A DNA stretch of 20,000 bases from an uncultured virus (IMG/VR IMGVR_UViG_3300046170_000409) (lineage: Duplodnaviria; Heunggongvirae; Uroviricota; Caudoviricetes). This document shows, in pieces, positions 7,542-16,114 of this stretch. The notes beneath the pieces are model-generated. The model was given only the letters and a program-made list of their open reading frames with translations, was not told the origin of the DNA and made no database searches. Within the stretch, counting starts at the first letter, position 1, and every line of letters begins with the position of its first letter. The stretch is taken from the IMG/VR virus record IMGVR_UViG_3300046170_000409. One strand, written 5' to 3'. The translations under genes were made by a program, and so were the position numbers.

Positions 7542-8244
7542 ATTTTATCCCACGATCTATTTCATAATCTTTTCTATTGTATCCGTTTTTCTCTGCCTCG
7601 TCAACTGTTTTCCAAAACAGTTCTACAAGTTCTGGTTTAGGATGTGGTTCTGAAACACCAGTGAACCATGATGGTTTCCATGGTTGTGTTGGCATATGTG
7701 TGTAATGAAGAATGCTACAAGGCATAACATCTCCATCATGACTATTCCATTTGGGGTCTAAATCGCCAACTAAATTTCCTTGTTGGAATAAATGAATAAA
7801 TTGATGGTGTGCACTGTCAACATGTTTCCAATTTTCAGCAAGAGGCATTGCATTGTTTTTAAACTTCTCACATTTGAAAACCATTACACAAAATTCTTTA
7901 CCACCAAAACGTTTTCCATTTCTTGCAACAATCCATTTATTGTCTGGTATTTCTACATCTAATAAATTGCCAATGTCTTCAAAGTTTAACATATCAACAT
8001 CAGTATAGATTGCTCTTCCTTCAAATCCACAATATTCTGGAATTGCCCATCGGAATCCACTGAATGGTGTTGACCATCTTTCATCTTCAAACCCAGACCA
8101 GAAACCTGTATCTGATTTTCTCATCCAAACAATTTCTAATTCACGTTCTGTATTTTTTCTTAATGTATACTCATATGCCATTTCAGCAAGAGCATCCTCA
8201 CCATTGGAACTTGTGCCTATAAACATTCTTACTTTATCACTCAT
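7522..8244 (-). CDS. GT-A nucleotide-diphospho-sugar transferase (GT8-like)
   Basis: MFIG, STPFSGFRWAIPEYCGFEGRAIYTDVDML (DxD), KWNSHD, ILHYTHMPTQPW. ATG 8244 is preferred because it couples to the sulfotransferase stop. Confidence 0.8.
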   Translation of the reverse strand: MSDKVRMFIGTSSNGEDALAEMAYEYTLRKNTERELEIVWMRKSDTGFWSGFEDERWSTPFSGFRWAIPEYCGFEGRAIYTDVDMLNFEDIGNLLDVEIPDNKWIVARNGKRFGGKEFCVMVFKCEKFKNNAMPLAENWKHVDSAHHQFIHLFQQGNLVGDLDPKWNSHDGDVMPCSILHYTHMPTQPWKPSWFTGVSEPHPKPELVELFWKTVDEAEKNGYNRKDYEIDRGIKYGIIGK

Positions 8245-8854
8245 AGGAATACCCAAATGTTTTAATTTCATTCTCAAATAATTTTGATACAAAGTTTATT
8301 GTGATTTTTGTGTGCATGTCTTTATAATCTTTTACTTTCCTTATACCAGATTTAAGTTTAGTATTTGCTCTTTGTTCTTTTGTAATATTAAATCCGAATC
8401 TATCATTTAAGGTTTTATACATTTTGTCCATATCTTCATAGAGGAAAACTTCATCAACAAGCAAATTATCATGTTGTGCATACATTTCCCAATCAATTGG
8501 CAACAATTGACAGGTTTTAATATATTCTTCAAACTCCAAATCACCAAACTGATGCTCTTTGATTTTCTTATGCCAGAAATAAGAACTAACAACCTTGTCC
8601 CATGGATTTCTTTCGATTGTAAATTTGTAATAATTTTCCCATGGAAGAGGATCTTTGTCAGCAATGGTTCTCCATTTTGTATGACCATCTGCCCCATAGT
8701 CACCAGCATTGATTGGTGAGGTTTCGTCTCTCGCTGAACCTGTGCAGATATCTCTCTCTGGATTCAAATAAGGATGCACAAGTTTCTCTAATGAGGATCC
8801 TGCTGTCTTACGAGTCTTCACAAAAATAAACTTATGTTCATGAGAGAGTATCAT
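8237..8854 (-). CDS. sulfotransferase (carbohydrate sulfotransferase / Sulfotransfer_2-like)
   Basis: 5'-PSB loop FIFVKTRKTAGSSL, 3'-PB motif RNPWDKVVSSY, C-terminal FENEIKTFGY. Confidence 0.85.
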   Translation of the reverse strand: MILSHEHKFIFVKTRKTAGSSLEKLVHPYLNPERDICTGSARDETSPINAGDYGADGHTKWRTIADKDPLPWENYYKFTIERNPWDKVVSSYFWHKKIKEHQFGDLEFEEYIKTCQLLPIDWEMYAQHDNLLVDEVFLYEDMDKMYKTLNDRFGFNITKEQRANTKLKSGIRKVKDYKDMHTKITINFVSKLFENEIKTFGYSYE

Positions 8855-9531
8855 TATTGAGTTACCATTACAGTTGCTCCTTGAAACCAGTTACGAGAAA
8901 GAGGAACGACTTTACGATTATAAACTTCTAACCACTCATTCATTGCTTTCCATTCATGCTCTTGCCATGTTGTATAAGAAACACGATTCGATGGACCAGT
9001 TGGTGATGCTTCATTAAAAACATATCTCCAACAAGACAATTCATCAAATCGAATAATTGTTCCTGGAACAATAAGTTTATTTAAATCATCTAATACTGTT
9101 TTTGTTGAAGAATAAACATCACAATCTACATGAAGAAAAGATATTTTCTTTTCAGGATTTTCTTCTGTGGTTTTATACCAATCCATAATGGTTTCTGAGA
9201 ACCAACCTTTCCAAAGTTTTACATTTTCTGGAACTTCTGGTAGAACACCTTTACGATCGAATGCATCAGCACGAACTTGTTTAGATCCCATATCCCAATC
9301 TGATGGGAGTCCTTCAAAAGAATCAAATCCTTCAAATTGTAAGTCAGGTCTTGCAGTTGCTAGACAAGAAATTGTCACTGCATTATATACACCGAATTCT
9401 AAATTATGTCCCCAATCACCAATGTATGGTGCTAACCAATCTAACTCTCTTAATCTTACATCATTTGTATTTTGGTCTTCAGACAGAAATTTAAATTTTT
9501 TAATATCTTTGTATTCACTTATCTTCATCAT
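8854..9531 (-). CDS. class I SAM-dependent O-methyltransferase (TylF/MycF-like)
   Basis: LEFGVY, GFDSFEGLP, KGWFSET, FLHVDCDVYSST, PGTIIRFDE. Confidence 0.85.
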   Translation of the reverse strand: MMKISEYKDIKKFKFLSEDQNTNDVRLRELDWLAPYIGDWGHNLEFGVYNAVTISCLATARPDLQFEGFDSFEGLPSDWDMGSKQVRADAFDRKGVLPEVPENVKLWKGWFSETIMDWYKTTEENPEKKISFLHVDCDVYSSTKTVLDDLNKLIVPGTIIRFDELSCWRYVFNEASPTGPSNRVSYTTWQEHEWKAMNEWLEVYNRKVVPLSRNWFQGATVMVTQ

Positions 9532-9973
9532 TTGTTATCAATTCCTTCACGTGAGATCTATGGATCTTACAATTAATTATTCCATTATAATATTTATCAG
9601 AAAGCAGAACACCTCTATCGAACTGCTCCTTTGCTTCGAGATAACCCATTATACCCTTTTTACTACACAAGTGTAATATTGTTCGATTATAACTCAAAAC
9701 GCCATTTTTTTCAAGTAAAATTTTTACTTCTTCAGATGAACCATAATAGTCTTTCCAATCAGATTCGACTATCTTGATTCTTTTTCGAGTCTTACCTTTG
9801 AGTGCAGGCAATTTTCTTTTTGAGACAAAAGTCTTTTTACCAACATAACTCTTATCATTTATAGTGTCATGTATGATATAGACAAATCCTATGTTGTCGC
9901 CAATGTCTTTACTAGTAAATACTTTTCCTTTGTAAATCCATGGATTTGTATAATCATCTTCCTTCGTATTCAA
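9515..9973 (-). CDS. GIY-YIG family endonuclease (Seg-like, free-standing)
   Basis: GFVYII..KSYVGKK, WKDYYGSS, YLEAKEQF, YYNGII. Start codon (TTG) is uncertain. Confidence 0.7.
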   Translation of the reverse strand: MNTKEDDYTNPWIYKGKVFTSKDIGDNIGFVYIIHDTINDKSYVGKKTFVSKRKLPALKGKTRKRIKIVESDWKDYYGSSEEVKILLEKNGVLSYNRTILHLCSKKGIMGYLEAKEQFDRGVLLSDKYYNGIINCKIHRSHVKELITNDEDK

Positions 9974-10148
9974 AATCTAACTCATCAATATCATCATCTT
10001 CTTCAACACTATTTATGTCTGCTCCACAGAAAGGGCAATATACTGGTTCATCTCCGTCTTCATTTTCAACATAGACTATTGAACCCTCTGCACCACATTC
10101 TTCACAATGGAATTCATGGATTGCATCTATATCAATTTTGTGTACCAA
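9954..10148 (-). CDS. small zinc-ribbon protein (FmdB-like)
   Basis: CEEC...CPFCG with an acidic tail; SD AAGGAG ahead of a TTG start. Confidence 0.7.
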   Translation of the reverse strand: MVHKIDIDAIHEFHCEECGAEGSIVYVENEDGDEPVYCPFCGADINSVEEDDDIDELDFEYEGR

Positions 10149-10184
10149 ATATTGCTCCTTTAAATTTACTCGTATATAGGATCT

Positions 10185-11430
10185 TTATGCAACAGCATAT
10201 GCATCATCCCAATTTCCTTTTAATCCTGCAACTTCATATTCAGTTACACGATTCTCAAAGAAGTTAGTATGGTCTGCACCATTTAATACCCATTCCAACC
10301 ATGGAAGTGGATTTTCTTTTACTTTGAAATTAGTTTTAAGACCAAGTTGTAATAAACGTCTGTCAGTAATATATCTTATATATTGCTTAACATCATCTGT
10401 TGGTAATCCTTCAATGTCTCCCATCTGATAGGCAAGGTCAATAAATTTATCTTCTAACTCTACTGCATGACGAGACATTAAATAAATTTCTTTTTTAAAT
10501 CCATCATCTACAATACGAGGATGTTCAGAACAGAACGATCTGAATAATTTAGAATTACCCTCTACATGTATAGACTCATCACGAATTGACCATTCTACAA
10601 CTTTTCCCATTCCTTTCATTTTACCGAAACGTTGGAAGTTAAGTAGCATAACAAAAGATGCAAATAGTGCAACACCCTCGTTAAATACTGACTTAGCAAG
10701 TGCAAGTCCAAGTCCACGTTGTGTTGATGCATCTGCTTTTGTCATATATTCAATTTTGTTAACCATCTCTTTATATTCTAAGAATGCATGATACTCACTA
10801 TCAGGTAATCCAAGTGTTTCATTTAATAATGCATAGGCACGTTGATGAATACCCTCACGTGCTGCAAATGAACCTAACATATTTCTTATTTCATTGTTTT
10901 TAAATTTAGGAATAAATTGGTCATAATAGTTTTGTCCAACTGCAACATCTGATTGTGTGAACAAACGTAAAATATTTGTGATATAATCTTTTTCAACTGA
11001 ATTCATTTTGTTACCTTTCCAATCAGAAACATCTTCTGATAAGTCAAGTTCATCCTCAATCCAATGTGCCTTTTCATGTCTTGTAGTAATCTCAACTGCC
11101 CAAGGATAATGGAATGGTTTATAAGTTTTAGAAAACTCCATAAGTCCACCAGAACGTTTCATAAGAATCTCATCAGCACGTTCCATCAATTGGTCATATC
11201 CACCAATATGTTTTTTGTCTATAAAGATTTGTGGTACAGAATTAATTCTGCGAACTTCAGTTCCTTTATCAATCGTTTCTGATACACCATTCATTTTTCT
11301 GATAGAATGCAAGTCTTTGCTCTTCATCATCCATTAGTATTTCTGTGTAAGAAAATTGATGTGTGTTAAACCAATCCTTTGCTTTATCGCAAAAAGGACA
11401 ACCACTTTTTGAATATACTATTATTTCCAT
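10185..11430 (-). CDS. nrdB: glutaredoxin-ribonucleotide reductase class Ia beta subunit fusion, interrupted by a +1 frameshift
   Basis: ATG 11430 (SD GAGGGG) encodes MEIIVYSKSGCPFC..LAFYQK. The rest of the glutaredoxin (SVPQIFID..IGGY) and NrdB (TQSDVAV, REGIHQRAY, NEGV, RDESIH, NFFENRVTEY) are in the +1 frame. Total span 1246 nt = 3n+1. Confidence 0.9.
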
Positions 11431-11447
11431 TTTACCCCTCTTTTGTA

Positions 11448-11603
11448 TTATTGTATATCTTTTATAATATTTCTCATATCTGATATATCTTTTTTAATTT
11501 CTTTGCAGATGTTAGATGCACTGTTCAATAAAAAATATAAGTAAAACAATGAACAAACCATTCCTGTTATACATGCATAAAAAATAATCTCTAAAAACAT
11601 CAT
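11448..11603 (-). CDS. small membrane-anchored protein (51 aa), not in ORF track
   Basis: MMFLEIIFYACITGMVCSLFYLYFLLNSASNICKEIKKDISDMRNIIKDIQ*; SD GGAG; ATGA overlap with the upstream ORF. Confidence 0.65.
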   Translation of the reverse strand: MMFLEIIFYACITGMVCSLFYLYFLLNSASNICKEIKKDISDMRNIIKDIQ

Positions 11604-11695
11604 ACTATCATCTCCATTAGTTTTAATGCACCATATGATATAACAATCACCAATGGTACAAATATAATTAATTTAAACATATCTTTCACTTTCAT
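11600..11695 (-). CDS. small membrane protein (31 aa), not in ORF track
   Basis: MKVKDMFKLIIFVPLVIVISYGALKLMEMIV*; strong SD GGAGGT. Confidence 0.65.
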   Translation of the reverse strand: MKVKDMFKLIIFVPLVIVISYGALKLMEMIV

Positions 11696-11711
11696 TTTTT
11701 ACCTCCATAAT

Positions 11712-13478
11712 TTATCCTTGACATGCTGTACACTCTTCTTGAGACTCATCACTTTTCATACCTTGTAATTTATCTCTTTCAATTTTTTGTGCAACATTTT
11801 CTGCACGATTACTTGTTTCGGTGCGTAAGTAATAAAGTCCTTTACAACCATATTTCCATGCATTAAAATGCACTTGATGTAAATATCTTTTACTTGCACC
11901 AGCAGGAAAGAATATATTTAGTGACTGTCCTTGACAGATATATTCTTGTCTCTCACCAGCGAGTCGAATTAACCAATCTTGATTGAGTTCTATTGCTGTT
12001 TTGAATACTGCTTTTTCTTGGTCAGATAAGAAATCAAGATGTTGTACTGAACCACCATTTGTGATGATACTAGACCAAACTTCATCATTATCTTTATCTT
12101 TACTTTTTAATAATTTTCTTAGATATATATTTTTCATTAAATGCGAACCAACACGTGTACGACTAGTAAATGCATTTGCTTTCCAAGGTTCTATAGATGG
12201 TGATGTATTACCAATCAATGATGAGTTTGCATTTGGTGCAATTGCAATTAAGTGTGCATTTCTACGTCCAGTTCCTTTCATATCTGGTGCTTCACCTTTT
12301 TCTTTTCCTAACCTTTCAGACTCTTTTATTGCCTCGTCCTGAATATGTTTAAATATTTCTTTATTGATTTCTGATGCACGTTCAGATTCAAATGCAACTG
12401 AATGTTGTTGTAAGTAAGCATGGAATCCCATTGCACCCAATCCTAAAGATCGTTCTTGTTGTGCAGAATATCTTGCTCTACTAATTTCATCACCAGCATG
12501 GTCAACAAAGAATTGAAGAACATTATCAAGATAATGAGTAAGGTCACGAATCATTGGTGTTTCTTTCCACTCATCATACTTTTCTAAATTAACACTTGAT
12601 AAACAACAAACTGCTGAACGTTCTTCACTTGTAGGTAAATGTATTTCGTTACATAAATTAGAACCATTTATTCTTAGTCCTTTTTTCTTCATTGTTTCTG
12701 GTAGTGCATTGTTTGCAGTATCAATAAAGTTTACATATGGTTCACCAGTTCTAAATCTAGTTTCTAATATGAGTTCCCAAAGTTTTCTTGCTCTTATAGT
12801 TTCACGAACAGAATTATCATTAGGATCTTTTAAATCCCATTTACCATCATTTTCTACTGCCTCCATAAATTCATCAGTAACATTGACTGCATGATGAAGA
12901 TTGAGACATTTACGATTAACATCTCCTGTAGGAATTCTCATGTTAAGAAACTCTATAATGTCGGGATGCGATACGTCCATGTATGCAGCATACGAACCTT
13001 TCCTTGTTCTCCCTTGTCTGTACGCAACCATATCAGCATCCACTGTATGTAAGAAAGGCATTGGTCCAGGAGCAATGTCTGAAATAGATCTGACTCCACT
13101 CCAATGTCCACCAACACCACCACCTTTGACTGATAACCAACGTAATTCTGCAGTGTGGTCAATTAGTCCATCTAGTGAATCTGGCACATACGTCAAAAAG
13201 CATGAAATGGGAAGTGACTTAACCTTTTCTTTTGGTTTAGGTGCATTTGATAAAACTGGAGATGCAAACATGAACCAACCATTTGCAGCATAATTATAAA
13301 TGCGTTGAGCAAGTTTTTTATCTCCATATGAATAAGCAATTGCACCTCTTGCGAAAGCATGTTGTGGAGATTTTTCATCTTCTCTGCAGTAATAATCTTT
13401 TAGTAGTTTTAGTCCTTGTTTTGAAAGTTTCTTATCGTTTTTGAGGTCAATGTCAACCCCCAAATATTTTTCGCTCAT
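11712..13478 (-). CDS. nrdA: ribonucleotide reductase class I alpha subunit
   Basis: PISCFL, GGGVG, GSNLCNEI (catalytic N-x-C-x-E), VCCLSS, APNANSS, QGQSLN, LYYLR, C-terminal CTAC. Confidence 0.97.
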   Translation of the reverse strand: MSEKYLGVDIDLKNDKKLSKQGLKLLKDYYCREDEKSPQHAFARGAIAYSYGDKKLAQRIYNYAANGWFMFASPVLSNAPKPKEKVKSLPISCFLTYVPDSLDGLIDHTAELRWLSVKGGGVGGHWSGVRSISDIAPGPMPFLHTVDADMVAYRQGRTRKGSYAAYMDVSHPDIIEFLNMRIPTGDVNRKCLNLHHAVNVTDEFMEAVENDGKWDLKDPNDNSVRETIRARKLWELILETRFRTGEPYVNFIDTANNALPETMKKKGLRINGSNLCNEIHLPTSEERSAVCCLSSVNLEKYDEWKETPMIRDLTHYLDNVLQFFVDHAGDEISRARYSAQQERSLGLGAMGFHAYLQQHSVAFESERASEINKEIFKHIQDEAIKESERLGKEKGEAPDMKGTGRRNAHLIAIAPNANSSLIGNTSPSIEPWKANAFTSRTRVGSHLMKNIYLRKLLKSKDKDNDEVWSSIITNGGSVQHLDFLSDQEKAVFKTAIELNQDWLIRLAGERQEYICQGQSLNIFFPAGASKRYLHQVHFNAWKYGCKGLYYLRTETSNRAENVAQKIERDKLQGMKSDESQEECTACQG

Positions 13479-13493
13479 TAGTGTTCCTTGTAA

Positions 13494-13910
13494 TTAATCT
13501 GCTAAAGCGAGATTAGTAATTCTATTTCTCAACCCACTTGTGCTGAATGAATGTTTTCTGCTATTATAATATATATCAATATTATTGTCAATGCATATCT
13601 GTTTACCACTGAAGTCTTTTTCTTTATACTCTTCTCCAATGAATCGTATATCAAGTTTGTAAGTCAATAAAATATCTGTCAAATCTTCCTCTGTTGCATA
13701 TGGAATGATTTGGTCAATATATTTACATCCTTCAAGTTGAACATAACGTTCAAATACACTTTGTATTGGTTTATTTTTTTCTGGTCTATCGATTGTTGGA
13801 TCTGTTTGTAATCCAACTATTAGATAATCACAATTTGCTTTTGCTTCTTTCAACATAGCAACATGTCCACTATGGAACAAATCAAATGCCGAAAATGTTA
13901 TTCCTATCAT
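13494..13910 (-). CDS. glycerol-3-phosphate cytidylyltransferase-like (TagD family) nucleotidyltransferase
   Basis: FDLFHSGH (HxGH), LIVGLQTDP, ERYVQLEGCKYID, RKHSFSTSGLR. ATG 13910 lies just after the primase stop; alternative GTG start at 13931. Confidence 0.85.
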   Translation of the reverse strand: MIGITFSAFDLFHSGHVAMLKEAKANCDYLIVGLQTDPTIDRPEKNKPIQSVFERYVQLEGCKYIDQIIPYATEEDLTDILLTYKLDIRFIGEEYKEKDFSGKQICIDNNIDIYYNSRKHSFSTSGLRNRITNLALAD

Positions 13911-13911
13911 T

Positions 13912-14919
13912 TTATATTTTTCTCCACTCACTTAACTTTGCAGTAGCAGTTAAACCTTTGTATGTGTTTCTAGTTATAATACTCTGAATTTCATCGATGC
14001 TTCTCCCAGCAAGTATCATATCATTTATATCTTTTTCTTTGATACTATTTGGAAACACAACGATTGAATGTCCTTTGTTTATACTAGACTCCATTCTACC
14101 AACGATTTCTTTACTACGAGGTTCATTATCATAGCAGAATCTTAACTCAGAGTCAACATTTAATTTGCTAACATCTGCTCCTGCCATTGCAATTGAATTT
14201 TCTATGAACATTGAATCAATTGGTCCTTCGACAATCGTAACTGACTGAGACCAATCAACTGTATCCAACCCATATATTTTAGGTGAGTCCTCATCAAGCA
14301 TAATCGTAATATACTTGGGTTGAGACTTACCAAATGCACGTCCTTGAAATCCTATTAGATTTTGACTTGAATCAAGAAATGGTATAACAAGTCTTGGTTC
14401 ATCATAAGTTATGTTCTTGATTTTATTAGGAACACACTCATTCACAAACTTATAGAATTTAGGAGCATAAAATAATTTATAATGCTTGTTGTTCGGAATC
14501 TTACGTTTCAGAACATACTTGTGGACAGGATGCTCTTGATTCAATTGAGAAACAGTTTTCAATCGACCAAGTGGAGTCTTTAAGTAATTTGCCTTTCTCG
14601 AAAACTTGTGCATAGGAGTCTTTCGAGGAGCAGGAGTAGTCCTTTTATTGTCGAAAAAACGTTCTGATACATACTGCTTATGTAACTCAGGATCTACGTG
14701 TTTTATGAGGTTGGAGAGACTCGCACCCTGTCCACAGTTGTGACACTTATAAATGTAGGATGCCTCTTTTTGAAAGATATATCCACGTGCCTTAGTCTTA
14801 TTCTTCTGAGAGTCACCACAATATGGACAACGGAAATTATAAAGTGTGTTGTCCTTTCTCTTGAAAAGTTGTAATTGACTCGAGAGTAGATTTATGTATT
14901 TGGTATCAATATAAGACAT
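13912..14919 (-). CDS. gp61: T4-like DNA primase
   Basis: Zinc finger NFRCPYCGDS..YKCHNCG, RLVIPF, GFQGR, PKYITI, TOPRIM motifs VEGPIDSMF and YDNEPR, KDINDM. Start set at MSYID (14919). Confidence 0.95.
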   Translation of the reverse strand: MSYIDTKYINLLSSQLQLFKRKDNTLYNFRCPYCGDSQKNKTKARGYIFQKEASYIYKCHNCGQGASLSNLIKHVDPELHKQYVSERFFDNKRTTPAPRKTPMHKFSRKANYLKTPLGRLKTVSQLNQEHPVHKYVLKRKIPNNKHYKLFYAPKFYKFVNECVPNKIKNITYDEPRLVIPFLDSSQNLIGFQGRAFGKSQPKYITIMLDEDSPKIYGLDTVDWSQSVTIVEGPIDSMFIENSIAMAGADVSKLNVDSELRFCYDNEPRSKEIVGRMESSINKGHSIVVFPNSIKEKDINDMILAGRSIDEIQSIITRNTYKGLTATAKLSEWRKI

Positions 14920-14926
14920 AGACTGG

Positions 14927-14955
14927 ATTATATATCGAACCAGTCCAAAAGACAA
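14927..14955 (-). promoter_or_regulatory. sigma70-type promoter for primase, probably producing a leaderless mRNA
   Basis: TTGTCT (14955-14950), 17 nt, TATAAT (14932-14927), 7 nt, ATG. Confidence 0.65.
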
Positions 14956-14972
14956 GTATTATTTTGTATTAT

Positions 14973-15317
14973 TTAACTAAGTAATTTTGAAAAAGCATCT
15001 GATTTAGCGATAATGAATCCAAGAACTGCTGCACCACCAATAATAGTCCACTTCCACCTTTCTAATCTTGAGATACGACTTGACATTTCACTAGCATGTT
15101 TTTGTTGCTCTAATCTAAGTTCACGAATTTCTTGCATAATTTCTTTATGTGAGTCTTCTATTTTTTGTGCCATTTCGTCTCTTAATTCTCCTATTCTTTT
15201 ATGTAACACTTCGTTTCTCCTTTCAGATTCTACTCGTCTATCCTCTAAAAGTTGGAACAGGTTAATCTCGTCGCCTTGCCACACTGTTACAACGTCTTTA
15301 TCTTTTCTTGTCGCCAT
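14973..15317 (-). CDS. coiled-coil protein with C-terminal transmembrane helix
   Basis: Heptad-rich helix followed by RISRLERWKWTIIGGAAVLGFIIAK. Architecture resembles XhlA/holin-like proteins; function not established. Confidence 0.6.
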   Translation of the reverse strand: MATRKDKDVVTVWQGDEINLFQLLEDRRVESERRNEVLHKRIGELRDEMAQKIEDSHKEIMQEIRELRLEQQKHASEMSSRISRLERWKWTIIGGAAVLGFIIAKSDAFSKLLS

Positions 15318-15324
15318 ATTACTG

Positions 15325-15332
15325 TATTTATA
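15325..15332 (-). promoter_or_regulatory. T4-type late promoter
   Basis: TATAAATA, intergenic, 7 nt before ATG 15317. Confidence 0.7.
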
Positions 15333-15361
15333 TGAATATAATCATTCCTCGATATTCTCTT

Positions 15362-16111
15362 TTAACTTCCCAATGGTTTTTTAATTAATACCATGTTAAA
15401 TGTAGCATCACAACTAACACCTGCTGAACCTGCATATGCTCTTAATTCTATGTCTGACTTTTCATCTATTTCAAATGGAACAGAGTATGGATAAAGATAC
15501 TGACCACCAATAAAAGAACATTGATGATTTGTTCTAAATACGCCACCAAAGTTTCGAACGACAAATCGCATTGTAATTTCGTTATTCTTTTTAGATGAAC
15601 CTTCAAGTTGTAATAGATATGCTTTATATCCTGCAGGAACAGTATAAAGTGCCATTAAAGTTTGATTGTTACCATCGGTAATTTGAGCAAGTACAGTACC
15701 ACTTGAAGAACCATATTTTGCTTGCACATTACCAACAATTGATTTACTGCCTGTGTTTCTCATTCTAAACACACGAATGAAAGTTCCAATTGTTGCAACT
15801 GAAGTGGTAGATGGGTCAGTTCCATCTAGTGTTACTGTCTCAGTTAATAAATTATAATTTTCGTCTAATCCTTGAACCTCAACTTGTACTGAAGTATCAA
15901 CAGAATTGGTTGAACCAAGATATAAATTATCTGCACCACTATCCCATGTTGACCAAGGATAAAGATTTGAACCATCCCATATAGTTTCAATATTGGCAAG
16001 ACCATTACCAATACTAGGATTCGACCCAAACTTGTGTACATCAAAGGTATCTTTTACGAGTCCTCTTGCTACATTAAGATAGACATCGTCCATTGGAAAG
16101 TAGACTGCCAT
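15362..16111 (-). CDS. probable virion structural protein
   Basis: Beta-rich Gly/Ser/Thr composition; KFGSN..ETIWDG..VQGLDENY..YTVPAGY pattern; lies in the late block. Confidence 0.55.
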   Translation of the reverse strand: MAVYFPMDDVYLNVARGLVKDTFDVHKFGSNPSIGNGLANIETIWDGSNLYPWSTWDSGADNLYLGSTNSVDTSVQVEVQGLDENYNLLTETVTLDGTDPSTTSVATIGTFIRVFRMRNTGSKSIVGNVQAKYGSSSGTVLAQITDGNNQTLMALYTVPAGYKAYLLQLEGSSKKNNEITMRFVVRNFGGVFRTNHQCSFIGGQYLYPYSVPFEIDEKSDIELRAYAGSAGVSCDATFNMVLIKKPLGS

Positions 16112-16114
16112 AAT

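Noticed and set aside
10185..11330. ORF-track start MMKSKDLHSIRK for nrdB
   Set aside because: It begins mid-glutaredoxin. The N-terminus is better explained by ATG 11430 plus a frameshift; internal initiation is not formally excluded.
9167..13293. Plus-strand ORFs of 61-169 aa (9167, 9303, 9869, 11064, 11983, 12709, 12901), and similar ones elsewhere in the window
   Set aside because: All are antisense to well-supported genes in a window that is uniformly coded on the minus strand.
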